Assembly (NCBI GenBank): GCA_016208085.1
Contig: JACQYT010000080.1
Coordinates: forward strand, 56,514-120,513
Source of the DNA: Elusimicrobiota bacterium
Lineage (GTDB): Bacteria; Elusimicrobiota; Elusimicrobia; Elusimicrobiales; UBA9959
DNA length: 64,000 nt
Direction of reading: 5' to 3'
In this document: in pieces, positions 34,066 through 43,287 of the stretch
Position numbering within the stretch: the stretch's first letter is position 1
How the letters are laid out: each line of letters begins with the position of its first letter
Position numbers and translations under genes: made by a program
Notes under the pieces: generated by a model
Seen by the model: the letters and a program-made list of their open reading frames with translations, nothing else
Told to the model about the DNA's origin: nothing
Database searches by the model: none

Positions 34066-35144
34066 GCCCCGCGTAAAAGTTTTTTTATCCGCCTGCGCCA
34101 CGCGTCCACCCTCGGCTTTATTTCCGAAAGGGAATCGCCGCCGAACTTCTCAAGCAGCGTGTTGGTTATTTCAAAAGCGGTCATGGCTTCGGCTATGACC
34201 GCCGCGGCCGGCACGGCGGTGACATCATGGCGGACCGGCCTGAACGCGGTTTTTTTCCCGGTTTTTAAATTAACGGAGGGGACCGGCCAGTCGAACGCGG
34301 GCGGCGGTTTCAGCCAGCAGCATATTACGAGCTGCGAGCCGTTGGTTATGCCGCCCTCTATTCCGCCGGCGCGGTTAGTGCGAAAAACCACCCTGCCGGA
34401 GTCTATTTCAGGGAAGTCCACCGTATTTTCGGTGCTGGCCGCCGCGAGCTGGAAACCGCCGCCTATTTCCACGCCTTTGACGGAATTAATGGCGAACATC
34501 GCGGAGGCAAGGCGCGCGCTGAGGCGCCGGTCGGCCTGCGCGTGCGACCCCAGCCCCGCCGGCACGCCGTCGGCGCAAATCTCAAAAGCTCCGCCAAGCG
34601 TGCGGCCTTGCCTGCGCGCTTTGTTTATTATAGCGAGCATTCCGGCGGCGACTGCCGGATCGGGAGAACGCGCCGAAGCGAGATTCACCCCCCCGTCGAT
34701 AATGGTCACGCGGCTCGTTATCTCTATGCCCAGAAGCTCCAGCAGCCGCAGCGGGAACGCGCCGAGGGCCGTACGCACAGCGGTCTCGCGGGCGCTGGCC
34801 CTTTCCCGGATGACGGCCGGGGGCACGTCATATTTGAGCGAACCGGCCAGATCCGCGTGTCCGGGCTTTACGATCCATGGATCCGCGTGGTCCGGCAGGC
34901 CGGCGGCGTTCGGGAGAAGGAGCGCTATCGGCGCGCCGGTGGTCAGGCCTTTGCTGACTCCGCCGGTTATTTCCACGGCGTCGGACTCGATTTCCTGGCG
35001 GGCGCTCCGCCCGGGCGCTCTCCGCCTGCGCTCAAGCCCCCGCGCTACGCGAGCGGCGTCTATCCTTACGCCCGCCGGGAATCCGTCCAGGATGCCGGTC
35101 AGGGTCTTGCCGTGCGATTCTCCGGCGGTCAGATATCTAAGCAT
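34062..35144 (-). CDS. aroC: Chorismate synthase
   Basis: MLRYLTAGESHGKTL N-terminal signature and RSARETA. The 412-aa + strand ORF 34159..35397 is its shadow. Confidence 0.9.
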   Translation of the reverse strand: MLRYLTAGESHGKTLTGILDGFPAGVRIDAARVARGLERRRRAPGRSARQEIESDAVEITGGVSKGLTTGAPIALLLPNAAGLPDHADPWIVKPGHADLAGSLKYDVPPAVIRERASARETAVRTALGAFPLRLLELLGIEITSRVTIIDGGVNLASARSPDPAVAAGMLAIINKARRQGRTLGGAFEICADGVPAGLGSHAQADRRLSARLASAMFAINSVKGVEIGGGFQLAAASTENTVDFPEIDSGRVVFRTNRAGGIEGGITNGSQLVICCWLKPPPAFDWPVPSVNLKTGKKTAFRPVRHDVTAVPAAAVIAEAMTAFEITNTLLEKFGGDSLSEIKPRVDAWRRRIKKLLRGA

Positions 35145-35959
35145 GCGTCCCTCGCCTTGTTTTTCAATTTTACAATTTCACCCGCGCTTAAACGCCTGCC
35201 GCTCCAAAGCGCCGCGCTCGCCAGCGCCTGGTAAATCAGCAGGTCAAGGCCGGTTATCGTTTTCCCCGGCCGGTCCTTCAAAAAAGGCGTGCCGCCCGGG
35301 GCGTAGGCGAAATCGCAATACAGTCCTGTTTTCAGGTCAGGGACTTTCAGGGCCGGCGGAAGCGGCTTATACATGCCCAGCGGCGTGGCGTTTATGAAAA
35401 CCGCGGCTTTTGCGGGAACCGGCGAAAAAAAGTTTCCGGCTTTAAATCTTACGCGCGGGAACTGTTTTGAAAAATACGAGGCCAGCGCCCGGGCTTTGGC
35501 GTAAGAACGGTTATATATGCGTATTTCCCCTGCGCCCCTGGCCGCCAGGGTCCAGGCTGCCGCCTTTGCCGCGCCCCCCGCGCCCCAGATGACGCAAGTC
35601 ACGCCCCTGACGCCGGCTTTGACTTCTTTTAACGAGTATTCAAGCGCTTTAGCGTCGGTGTTGAAGCCTTCCAGAGCGCCGTCCCGGATCAGCACCGCGT
35701 TGACCGCGCCTATGCCCTCGGCGTCTTTATGCGCTTTTGCCAGGAAGGGGGAGACGCGTTCTTTCAGCGGCAAAGTGACATTGAACCCGCGCCAGCCGGA
35801 TTTTTTAATTTCTTCTATCGCTTTTCCGAGGCCCGGCGGCCCGACTTCTTTAAGGGTATAGCTGAATTTTTCGTCCAGCAGGCCTGAAAATATGTTGAAC
35901 AGCCGCGGTGAAAGGGATCTTTTAAGGGGTTTGCCTATCAGACCTGTTTTAATGGCCAC
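35129..35959 (-). CDS. aroE: Shikimate 5-dehydrogenase
   Basis: GLIGKPLKRSLSPRLFN, GFNVTLPLK, and VIWGAGGAAKAAA (the NADP site). Confidence 0.9.
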   Translation of the reverse strand: MAIKTGLIGKPLKRSLSPRLFNIFSGLLDEKFSYTLKEVGPPGLGKAIEEIKKSGWRGFNVTLPLKERVSPFLAKAHKDAEGIGAVNAVLIRDGALEGFNTDAKALEYSLKEVKAGVRGVTCVIWGAGGAAKAAAWTLAARGAGEIRIYNRSYAKARALASYFSKQFPRVRFKAGNFFSPVPAKAAVFINATPLGMYKPLPPALKVPDLKTGLYCDFAYAPGGTPFLKDRPGKTITGLDLLIYQALASAALWSGRRLSAGEIVKLKNKARDACLDI

Positions 35960-35976
35960 TTGGGAGCCTCCGCCTG

Positions 35977-36963
35977 CTACCTCAGTTTCCTTATTTCTTT
36001 AAGCAGTCCGGCGAACGCGGGTATTGTAAGCGTCTGTCTGCCGTCCATAATGGCGGATTCGGGATTTAAGGCGGTTTCCAGCATAAGGCCGTCGGCGCCG
36101 GCCCTTACCGCGGCCAGGGCCTGCGCCGGCACGAGGTCATTGTCGCCGGCGGCGTGGCTCGGGTCGGCTATCACGGGCAAGGCGGCGGCTGTCAGAGCCC
36201 GGCGGATCATTTTCAGGTCCAGGCCGCGCGGGTCGGGCTTGGAGAAAGAATCGCCCCGCTCGCAAAGTATGATGTTTTCATTGCCGTATTTGATCAGGTA
36301 TTCCGCCGAAAGCAGCCATTCCTTAAGCGTCGCGCCGGGCGCGCGTTTTAAAAGGACCGGTTTTCCGGAGACGGCCGCCGCTTTTAAAAGCTCGTAATTG
36401 CGCATGTTCCGGGCGCCGATCTGGACGACGTCGCAGAAACGGCTGATATCCGCAAGCTGGGTTTCGGAGGTGGCTTCGGTGACGGCGGCAAGCCCCGTGC
36501 GGGACTTTGCCTTTTTGATTATGGCGAAACCTTTCCCGCCCACGCCCTGGAACGAGTAAGGCGAGGTGCGGGGCTTGAACAGGGCCGCCCTCAGGGCGCC
36601 GACGCCGGCGGCTTTAAGCCGGACCGCGGCGGCCAGATACGAAGCTTCGTCTTCTATCGCGCAGGGCCCGGCTATAATAATAAATTTTTTGGCGGCATTT
36701 TTTTTGAAGAGCCCGGCCAGTTCGGGAGGCGGGGCCGCGAGCGTCCGCGGGCAGGTCTCTTTAAGGCTGAGCTCGGTCTTGTGAACGCCGGGCAGGTTCT
36801 CTATAAGCGCCAGCCGCTCGCCCAGCAGTTCGGGCCGGCAGGTCCGCACTGAAATAAAACCGCGGCCGAGCGCCAGCGCGGCCCCGGGCAGCAGGTCTGC
36901 GATTTTATCCTGAATTCTATTAAGTTCCGCGGCCCGGCATCCCGGCTTAAACCGTATGATCAT
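35977..36963 (-). CDS. aroF: 3-deoxy-7-phosphoheptulonate (DAHP) synthase, type I-beta with an N-terminal regulatory (ferredoxin-like) domain
   Basis: IIAGPCAIEDE, FKPRTSPYSFQG and DPSHAAG are KdsA/DAHPS I-beta signatures. An ~80-aa N-terminal extension is present. Confidence 0.85.
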   Translation of the reverse strand: MIIRFKPGCRAAELNRIQDKIADLLPGAALALGRGFISVRTCRPELLGERLALIENLPGVHKTELSLKETCPRTLAAPPPELAGLFKKNAAKKFIIIAGPCAIEDEASYLAAAVRLKAAGVGALRAALFKPRTSPYSFQGVGGKGFAIIKKAKSRTGLAAVTEATSETQLADISRFCDVVQIGARNMRNYELLKAAAVSGKPVLLKRAPGATLKEWLLSAEYLIKYGNENIILCERGDSFSKPDPRGLDLKMIRRALTAAALPVIADPSHAAGDNDLVPAQALAAVRAGADGLMLETALNPESAIMDGRQTLTIPAFAGLLKEIRKLR

Positions 36964-37208
36964 TTTTGCATGCGCCTGCCCTGTCTGAAGATTTCTTTGT
37001 AAACGGCTGCGACGGCGAACCTTAGCTCTTTGCTTCCGGCAAGGCCGCCGGCTGTTTTGAGCACTGCCGCTTCGCGTTTGGGGTCCCGGATGGTTTTTTT
37101 AAGCCCGGCCAGCGATTTTACCAAGCCGAACCTTTTAACCAACAGGCCGGCCAGGCGCGAATCTATGGCGTCTATCTTTTTCCTCTTTTTCTCAAGGGCG
37201 CTTATCAT
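36960..37208 (-). CDS. Chorismate mutase (AroQ-class, monofunctional)
   Basis: RKKIDAIDSRLAGLLVKRFGLVKSLAGLK is the CM type 2 helix-1 pattern. 82 aa, with an ATGA overlap onto the DAHP synthase gene. Confidence 0.75.
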   Translation of the reverse strand: MISALEKKRKKIDAIDSRLAGLLVKRFGLVKSLAGLKKTIRDPKREAAVLKTAGGLAGSKELRFAVAAVYKEIFRQGRRMQK

Positions 37209-37289
37209 GGCAACCCTAATTCTATTAAATTTTCCCGTATATATCTATGGAAGCATTGTCCCCCCGGCGGAAATTGCTAAAATAAAGCT

Positions 37290-38417
37290 ATGGCGGAAAC
37301 GCTTGAATTAAAAGATATAGCCAATAAAATAGATCGGCTTGATAAATTTTTAGCGGATATAGCGGAGCTTTACGGCCTTGAAAGCAAGCGCGCGGAGCTG
37401 AAAAAGAAAGAGGACGCTTCCGCGGCTTTGGACTTCTGGAACAATACCGAAAAAGCCCAGGCTCATCTTAAAATAGTGAACGATATCAAAAAAGACGTAT
37501 CGCTGATGGACGCCGTAAAGGCGGAGCTGGAAGATTTCAAAGTGCATTTCGTCCTGGCCAGGGAGTCCGGCGACGCCGCGGAGCTCGCCCTTGTCATGGA
37601 GGGGCTCAGAGAAGTAGAAAAGAAACTGTCCGGGGTTGATTTTGAGCTGAAGCTGTCCGAACCGCTGGATAAAAACGACGCCATAATCAGCATCCACTCC
37701 GGCGCCGGCGGCACCGAGGCCTGCGACTGGGCGCAGATGCTGCTAAGGATGTACACCCGCTGGGCCCAGGCCAAGGGATTTCCGTTTGCGATAACCGATA
37801 TCCTGCAGGGCGACGAAGCCGGCGTGAAAAGCGTGACCGCCCTCGTCAAGGGCAAATACGCCTACGGCTACCTTAAAAGCGAGACAGGCGTGCACCGCCT
37901 GGTGCGCATCTCGCCGTTTGATTCCAATAAAAGAAGGCACACCTCTTTCGCGTCAATGGACGTGCTGGCCGACATAGAAGACCTTGTGGAGATAAAGATA
38001 GAGGATAAAGACCTGAAAGTGGACACCTACCGGGCCGGCGGCGCCGGCGGCCAGAACGTGAACAAGGTGGAGACCGCCGTGCGCATCACCCACGCCCCGT
38101 CCGGCATAGTGGTGGCCTGCCAGGTGGAGCGGTCGCAGCATCAGAACCGGGAAACGGCGATGAAGATGCTGAAAGCCAAACTGTATGAAGTGGAGATGGA
38201 TAAAAAGCGCTCCGAGATGGAGCGCCATTACGACGCAAAGGGCGACATCGGCTGGGGGCACCAGATACGCTCTTATGTTTTCATGCCTTACCAACTGGTA
38301 AAGGACCTGCGCACCGGTTACGAGACCTCCCAGGTGGACGCCGTCATGGACGGGAATCTCGACGGCTTCATGCATTCCTACCTGACCTGGCGCGCCGCCG
38401 GGAATAAAAAGAAATAA
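37290..38417 (+). CDS. prfB: Peptide chain release factor 2 (single uninterrupted frame)
   Basis: SPF tripeptide ([16 protein letters not shown]) and the GGQ motif ([21 protein letters not shown]). Confidence 0.9.
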   Translation: MAETLELKDIANKIDRLDKFLADIAELYGLESKRAELKKKEDASAALDFWNNTEKAQAHLKIVNDIKKDVSLMDAVKAELEDFKVHFVLARESGDAAELALVMEGLREVEKKLSGVDFELKLSEPLDKNDAIISIHSGAGGTEACDWAQMLLRMYTRWAQAKGFPFAITDILQGDEAGVKSVTALVKGKYAYGYLKSETGVHRLVRISPFDSNKRRHTSFASMDVLADIEDLVEIKIEDKDLKVDTYRAGGAGGQNVNKVETAVRITHAPSGIVVACQVERSQHQNRETAMKMLKAKLYEVEMDKKRSEMERHYDAKGDIGWGHQIRSYVFMPYQLVKDLRTGYETSQVDAVMDGNLDGFMHSYLTWRAAGNKKK

Positions 38418-38545
38418 CCCGGATTTTACAAGCAAAATGGGAATCTCTTTAGCCAATTGAAGTTCGCCGGTGATATTTTTCGCGATTGCCCAAAGAAATT
38501 CTTTTTTGCTGGACTCGGCAGCCTGCCTTTTGCTAATCTGGATGT

Positions 38546-39415
38546 ATGGACAGCGTCTATCGCATTCAGGGCCGGGACTTGCGGGAACAGGATATTGCCC
38601 AAATCAAATGTTTTCTAAACGACAATCCTGATTGGAGCCGCAATCGCCTTTCCATAGAATTAGCACAGGTTTGGAACTGGCGAACCCCAACTGGGCAGCT
38701 AAAGGATATGGCTGCTCGGAGCTTATTGCTCAAGCTGGAGCGATGTAATTTGATTGTCCTGCCGCCGCGTCGTCATAAAGCTTCCAAGCGCCTTCCCCAT
38801 GCGCCCGAGCTTGTCTTCCCAGAGTACGAAGCCTCTGTCACAGCCAAGCTCAGAGATCTGACTCCACTCTCCTTTGAGATAGTAGCCCCCAATCACACTA
38901 TATTCTCTCGACACCTTAAGCAACATCATTATCTCGGTTATCATGGGCCGGTCGGAGAAAGCATGGCCTACCTTGTTGGTGACCGATATGGACGCGACTT
39001 GGCATGCGTCCTTTTCGGCGCCGCGGCTTGGAAAGTAGCCGATCGTGACAATTACATTGGCTGGACTCCCGATGTACGGACATGTGGCCTCCATTGGCTG
39101 GCCAATAACACCCGCTTCTTGATTTTACCCTGGGTCAGAGTGGACCATCTGGCCAGTCACATCTTAGGCCGCATAGCCCGGCGCATAAGCGCAGACTGGG
39201 AACTCAAGTATGGCCACGGCATCTATTTGATTGAAACCTTTGTGGAGCGCGATCGTTTTAAAGGAACCTGCTACCGCGCAGCCAACTGGACATGCGTTGG
39301 ACAAACTCAGGGACGCAGCCGGCAGGATCGTAATCGGAAGCTGCATGTTCCCGTCAAAAACATTTACCTCTATCCCCTGCGTCGGGATTATAAGGAAGTC
39401 CTCTGCCATGGATAG
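38546..39415 (+). CDS. DUF4338 domain protein (DruA-like domain; commonly transposon-associated)
   Basis: Recognised from the overall pattern QIKCFLNDNPDWSRNRLSIELAQVWNWRTPTGQLKDMAARSLLLKLE...HHYLGY...FLILPWV...ETFVERDRFKGTCYRAANW. Its GC content is lower than that of the flanks. Confidence 0.6.
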   Translation: MDSVYRIQGRDLREQDIAQIKCFLNDNPDWSRNRLSIELAQVWNWRTPTGQLKDMAARSLLLKLERCNLIVLPPRRHKASKRLPHAPELVFPEYEASVTAKLRDLTPLSFEIVAPNHTIFSRHLKQHHYLGYHGPVGESMAYLVGDRYGRDLACVLFGAAAWKVADRDNYIGWTPDVRTCGLHWLANNTRFLILPWVRVDHLASHILGRIARRISADWELKYGHGIYLIETFVERDRFKGTCYRAANWTCVGQTQGRSRQDRNRKLHVPVKNIYLYPLRRDYKEVLCHG

Positions 39416-39734
39416 AAGCGAGGCGATTCAATTCTACCGTAGCGGCCAGGACATAACAGTGGAGAAGCTTTTGGAGTTGAGCGCGAAGGTTGACGCGCTT
39501 GAAAAAGAAAATGCCGCACTCAAAAAGAAATTTACCGTTCTGAACAATTACAGAAGCAAAAAATCTAAGAAGAATAAAAGTAAACCGTGGTGGCGATGGG
39601 GCAGGAAGAAAGGACATAAGGGGTCTTTCCGTCCCTTACCCGATCACATAGACCGCACGGTAAATGTAACAACCCGCAAGTGCCCGCAGTGTGAAGGCAA
39701 GCTGAGTGGTTGCCAAGAGGAATTCCCTGAATGA
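39408..39734 (+). mobile_element. IS66-family transposase, N-terminal fragment only (leucine zipper + zf-IS66), a decayed mobile element
   Basis: LEKENAALKKK coiled coil, basic stretch, then GSFRPLPDHIDRTVNVTTRKCPQCEGKL (the IS66 zinc-finger region). The ORF stops after 108 codons and no DDE core follows. Confidence 0.55.
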
Positions 39735-39794
39735 TTTGCTCTGTCATAGTGTCTCCTGTAGGGATCAAACTTAATTCTTACCAATTACTGTTTA

Positions 39795-40145
39795 CTAAAA
39801 TACCAGCACCTTGTCAGCCCAGGCGGTCCATTCGGTAAGGATGGCCATGGTGCCGCGCCTGGCGCTCTCGGCCAGCATGTCCTCGGCTATGCCGCGGGCG
39901 TCCATGCAGGAACCGCAGACGCTTATCTCGCCGCCCTGCTTGCCCACAAGTTTCAGCATGTGCTCTATGTTGTAATAGCCCTGCGGAGTTTTCTGGTTTT
40001 TAAGGCCGCAGGGGGCGCCGTCGCCCATAAGGAATACCCGGATCTTTTCATCCTGGCTTTTGCCGAGTGACACGGCCAGCCGCAGACCGTTATAACTTCT
40101 TTCACCGCCGTAGGGCTGCTCGTTGAGTATGAACAGGTTCTTCAT
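39795..40145 (-). CDS. DsrE/DsrF-like sulfur-relay family protein
   Basis: 116 aa. MKNLFILNEQPYGGERSYNGLRLA...VCGSCMDARGI follows the DsrE-family pattern. Confidence 0.7.
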   Translation of the reverse strand: MKNLFILNEQPYGGERSYNGLRLAVSLGKSQDEKIRVFLMGDGAPCGLKNQKTPQGYYNIEHMLKLVGKQGGEISVCGSCMDARGIAEDMLAESARRGTMAILTEWTAWADKVLVF

Positions 40146-40247
40146 TTGTTTCTCCTTAACCTTATCCGATCAAAATTCGTACCGCAGAATGAAAGACGCT
40201 GCTCTGTCTCAATTATACTGGACGGGATATTTACATGACCAACGTAA

Positions 40248-41561
40248 CTAGGAAACTTCCGCGAGGTGGTCTTTATTATTATTGACCGTGATGCGGGCTG
40301 TGCCGGCAACCGCCCCGGCGAATAAAGCGAGACCGGTAAACACAACGGCCCGCGGTTTATGCGCCCCCAGCCGCGCGAGGCGCGCGAGAAACCGGGAGAT
40401 ATGGCTGGACTGGGCGTCTTCGCTGCGAGAAGCCTTCTCGATGGACTTTTCCCCGACGAAGGTGAACATGGCCGGGATGAAACTGAAGCTCAGTATCCTC
40501 AATAGGACGGTGCCGAAGGCCACCAGGCCGCCGAAAATTTTGACCGGGACGATGTGCATGAACAGCAGGACGGAGGACCCGGCCGCGGTAGCCAGCGCAA
40601 TATAGCGCACTGGGCGTCCCACCGCCTCCATGGTTTTTATGATGGCGGTCTTTTTGTCCTTCTCTTCGCGGTAACGGAAGTAGAATTCATTGAAGATGTG
40701 GATAGAATCCGTGGCGATGGCCATCAGGAACACCGGGGCCATGGAGCTCATGACATGGATAGGGTAGCCCAGGGCGATAAGCAGGCCCATGCTCCAGACG
40801 GTGGCTATCATGGCGTCCAGCATAAGCGCGGCGGAGAGGAAAAGGTCGCCGAACATAAGATAGCGGGCCGCGAACATGAGCAGCCCGGCCATGGGCGCGA
40901 AGATGGCCATCAGTTTGAACATCTCCGCGCCGAAGGTGTCCCGCGCCACGGGATCGCCGGCAACGTGGTAATTTTCCGGACCGCCTTCGGTTTTGACTAG
41001 CTCGCGTATCTTGTCGGCGATGGATTTGCCGTTGGCGCCCTTTTCCAGGGGGATATAGATAGCCGCTGTTTTACTGTCCGGGGAAATAATACGTTCGACG
41101 AACATCGGGTTCTCGAAAAGCTGTTTGCGCAGCGCTTCCAGAGCGAGCGGGTCGCCGGGCGCTTCTGGCATGAGAGGGCCCACCTGGAGCGTCCCTTTGT
41201 CCACGGTGACATTGTCTATGGTGGAGAAGCCGGCTACGTCACGGGCGGCTACTCCGGGGATCAGGAGTATGCCGTCGCTGATGCGCTTTATTTTCTCAAG
41301 CGTGGACCTGTTCAGGACGGTGTCTTTGTGTGTGATGCCGACCACAATCATGTCCTCGTAGAGGCCGAAAGTTTTTTCCACCGCGTCGTTGGAAACCCGG
41401 ACCTCGGAGTCGGCCGAGAGCATGTTCTTGGGATTGGTGTCGGTCCGGACTTTAGGAAAAGCCGACAGGGCGATAGCGGTCACCAGGAGCGTGACGGCCA
41501 CCACCCGCAGGGGATGGTCTACGGAAAAGTGAACCAGGGAGAAGTCCCGCAGCTTACGCAT
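40248..41561 (-). CDS. RND-superfamily exporter (COG1033/MMPL-like), first half only, probably truncated
   Basis: An N-terminal TM helix, a periplasmic loop and a 5-helix SSD-like bundle are present. The ORF ends just after the next TM helix and the start of a second loop (ARITVNNNKDHLAEVS*). Family members are normally about twice this length. Confidence 0.6.
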   Translation of the reverse strand: MRKLRDFSLVHFSVDHPLRVVAVTLLVTAIALSAFPKVRTDTNPKNMLSADSEVRVSNDAVEKTFGLYEDMIVVGITHKDTVLNRSTLEKIKRISDGILLIPGVAARDVAGFSTIDNVTVDKGTLQVGPLMPEAPGDPLALEALRKQLFENPMFVERIISPDSKTAAIYIPLEKGANGKSIADKIRELVKTEGGPENYHVAGDPVARDTFGAEMFKLMAIFAPMAGLLMFAARYLMFGDLFLSAALMLDAMIATVWSMGLLIALGYPIHVMSSMAPVFLMAIATDSIHIFNEFYFRYREEKDKKTAIIKTMEAVGRPVRYIALATAAGSSVLLFMHIVPVKIFGGLVAFGTVLLRILSFSFIPAMFTFVGEKSIEKASRSEDAQSSHISRFLARLARLGAHKPRAVVFTGLALFAGAVAGTARITVNNNKDHLAEVS

Positions 41562-41904
41562 GTGGTTTGCCTCCTATCCGATCCGCCACGTTCCCCTGCT
41601 CCCGCAGGCGCTCGATGAGGACCTGCCTTAACAGGTCGTAAGCTTTGAGCATTTTTGGGAAAGACAGGCGGTAGTAGATGCGCTGGCCCTCGCGGCGGGA
41701 CGCCAGGATTCCCTTGTGCCGCAGGATGGTCAGTTGCTGCGAGACGTTGGGTTTGGGGATTTCCATCTCCCTTGTGAGGTCGCCGGCGGTTTTTTCGCCC
41801 GAGCGCAGCAGGTCGATGATTTCAAGGCGTTTGGCGTTGGAGAGCACGGAACAGACCTGCGCGTGCATACCGTAAATGAGCCGCCGGGTTTCCTTCTTTG
41901 TCAT
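41554..41904 (-). CDS. ArsR/SmtB-family metalloregulatory transcriptional repressor
   Basis: VLSNAKRLEIIDLLRSGEKTAGDLTREMEIPKPNVSQQLTILRHKGIL is a wHTH. The start is trimmed to MTKKETRR behind a GGAGGGG RBS. Confidence 0.85.
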   Translation of the reverse strand: MTKKETRRLIYGMHAQVCSVLSNAKRLEIIDLLRSGEKTAGDLTREMEIPKPNVSQQLTILRHKGILASRREGQRIYYRLSFPKMLKAYDLLRQVLIERLREQGNVADRIGGKPHA

Positions 41905-41921
41905 GACGCCCCTCCGTAATA

Positions 41922-41943
41922 TAGTTGCGTAGTTTCGCAACTA
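41922..41943. promoter_or_regulatory. Candidate ArsR operator: inverted repeat TAGTTGCG-N6-CGCAACTA
   Basis: Perfect 8-bp arms 18 nt upstream of the arsR-like start codon. ArsR/SmtB repressors typically autoregulate through such 12-2-12-like palindromes. Confidence 0.5.
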
Positions 41944-42195
41944 CATTATAAGCATTACGTATTTAACCTGTCAAGGAGCACCTTAGAATATAAAGATTTG
42001 CCTTTACAAGGGGCCGCGGTTGTTGGCGCGGCCGCTTCCAGCCTGCAGGATGGGCGCGCTTGCGAGCGTCTATGGATGGGGCGGAGAGTTGTTTCCCGCC
42101 TTTTCCATATTTTATTTGCAAGTAGACAGGTTATCTTTTTAAATAAAAGCCTGTTAGGCTTTCATGGGGGGCCGGGAAATGATTTAATATTGATA

Positions 42196-43014
42196 ATGTT
42201 CATTGAAACGCACGCGCATCTGAACGACAAAGCGTTTGACGCGGACCGGGACGCCGTGCTGGATAAATGCCGCGCCGCCGGCGTGGACAAGCTGGTGGAA
42301 ATAGCCTGCGCCGCGGGGGAATGGGGGGCAGGGGAAAAACTCGCGGCCGCGCGGCAAGGGGCCGTGTTCTGCGCCTTCGGCCTGCACCCGGAAAACATTG
42401 AAGACGCCGGGCCCCGGCAGCTGGCAGAACTGCCGGCCTGGCTTGAGAAGAAATGCTGCGTGGCGCTGGGCGAGATAGGCCTTGACTACTGGTGGAAGCC
42501 GGAAAAGAAAACCGAACAGCTCCGCCTGCTGGCCGAGCTGCTGCCGCTCTCGGTAAAATTCTCAAAGCCGGTGGTTTTTCATACGCGCAACGGCCGGGAT
42601 TTGAAAACCGGCAACGCATATTTTGAGCTGGCGCAGGAACTTAAAGATTGGACGTTCAATAATAAAAAAAAGGCGCGCGGAGTTTTACACTGCTTTTCCG
42701 GCGGCTGGGAAGACGCCAAAGCAGCTCTGGACCTGGGCCTGCTGCTGGGCATAAACGGCACGTTCACCTATAAAAACAACGGGCCGCTGCGCGAGATAGT
42801 GAAAAAGGCCGGGCTTGAAAATATCGTGCTTGAGACCGATTGCCCGTACCTGAGCGTCCAGAGCATGCGGGGCAAAAGGAACGACCCGTCATATATACCG
42901 GAGATAGCCCGGGCCGCGGCAGAATATCTGAATATTAAAGTTGAGGCGCTGGCTGTTGCCACCACCGCCAACGCGGTTGAACTGTTTTTCCGGAATTGCA
43001 AAAATCTCCCCTAA
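42196..43014 (+). CDS. tatD: TatD-family metal-dependent hydrolase/DNase
   Basis: MFIETHAHLND (HxH), FHTRN and ETDCPYL motifs. The start is trimmed from the 338-aa track ORF to the conserved N-terminus. Confidence 0.85.
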   Translation: MFIETHAHLNDKAFDADRDAVLDKCRAAGVDKLVEIACAAGEWGAGEKLAAARQGAVFCAFGLHPENIEDAGPRQLAELPAWLEKKCCVALGEIGLDYWWKPEKKTEQLRLLAELLPLSVKFSKPVVFHTRNGRDLKTGNAYFELAQELKDWTFNNKKKARGVLHCFSGGWEDAKAALDLGLLLGINGTFTYKNNGPLREIVKKAGLENIVLETDCPYLSVQSMRGKRNDPSYIPEIARAAAEYLNIKVEALAVATTANAVELFFRNCKNLP

Positions 43015-43047
43015 CCCCTCTTTTCAAAAGAGGGGAATACTCGCACA

Positions 43048-43287
43048 ATGAACAAGGAGCTGAAAAAAGCGGTAAAAGAGCGCATCCTGATCTTTGACGG
43101 GGCGCTGGGCACCTATCTGGGAAAGTTCGGACTTGTCCACGGAGATTTTAAAGGCCACGAGGGATTGAACGAATATCTTTCCGTTTCAAGGCCCGAGGTC
43201 ATAAAACAAACACATTCCGATTACCTCGCCGCGGGCGCCGACGTCGTGGAAACCAACACCCAATATCTCCTCGGTGAAACTGGCTAA
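43048..43287 (+). pseudogene. metH: metH 5' fragment (first ~70 codons of the homocysteine-binding domain), separated from the rest by a frameshift and small deletion
   Basis: ILIFDGALGTYL...HSDYLAAGADVVETNT is a MetH/BHMT N-terminus. The frame then runs QYLLGETG* instead of the expected FGAN... Confidence 0.7.

Noticed and set aside
34159-35397. 412-aa + strand ORF across aroC/aroE, and similar long antisense ORFs such as 10771..11619, 45146..46051 and 57133..58032
   Set aside because: These are GC-rich shadow frames opposite well-supported genes (aroC, hsdR, metH, M3 peptidase). They have low-complexity Ala/Arg/Pro/Ser composition and no start or RBS context.
37290-38417. Programmed +1 frameshift site in prfB
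   Set aside because: The whole RF2 reads in one frame from the ATG at 37290, with no in-frame UGA near codon 25. This RF2 is therefore of the non-frameshifting type, which is a known minority state and not an anomaly.
41998-42195. 66-codon N-terminal extension of tatD in the ORF track
   Set aside because: The extension (MPLQGAAVVGAAASS...) is low-complexity, and the conserved TatD start MFIETHAHL coincides with an internal ATG at 42196.
43015-43047. Cobalamin or SAM riboswitch upstream of metH
   Set aside because: Only 33 nt separate tatD from metH. They are occupied by a simple CCCCTCTTTT/AAAAGAGGGG palindrome, leaving no room for a riboswitch aptamer.
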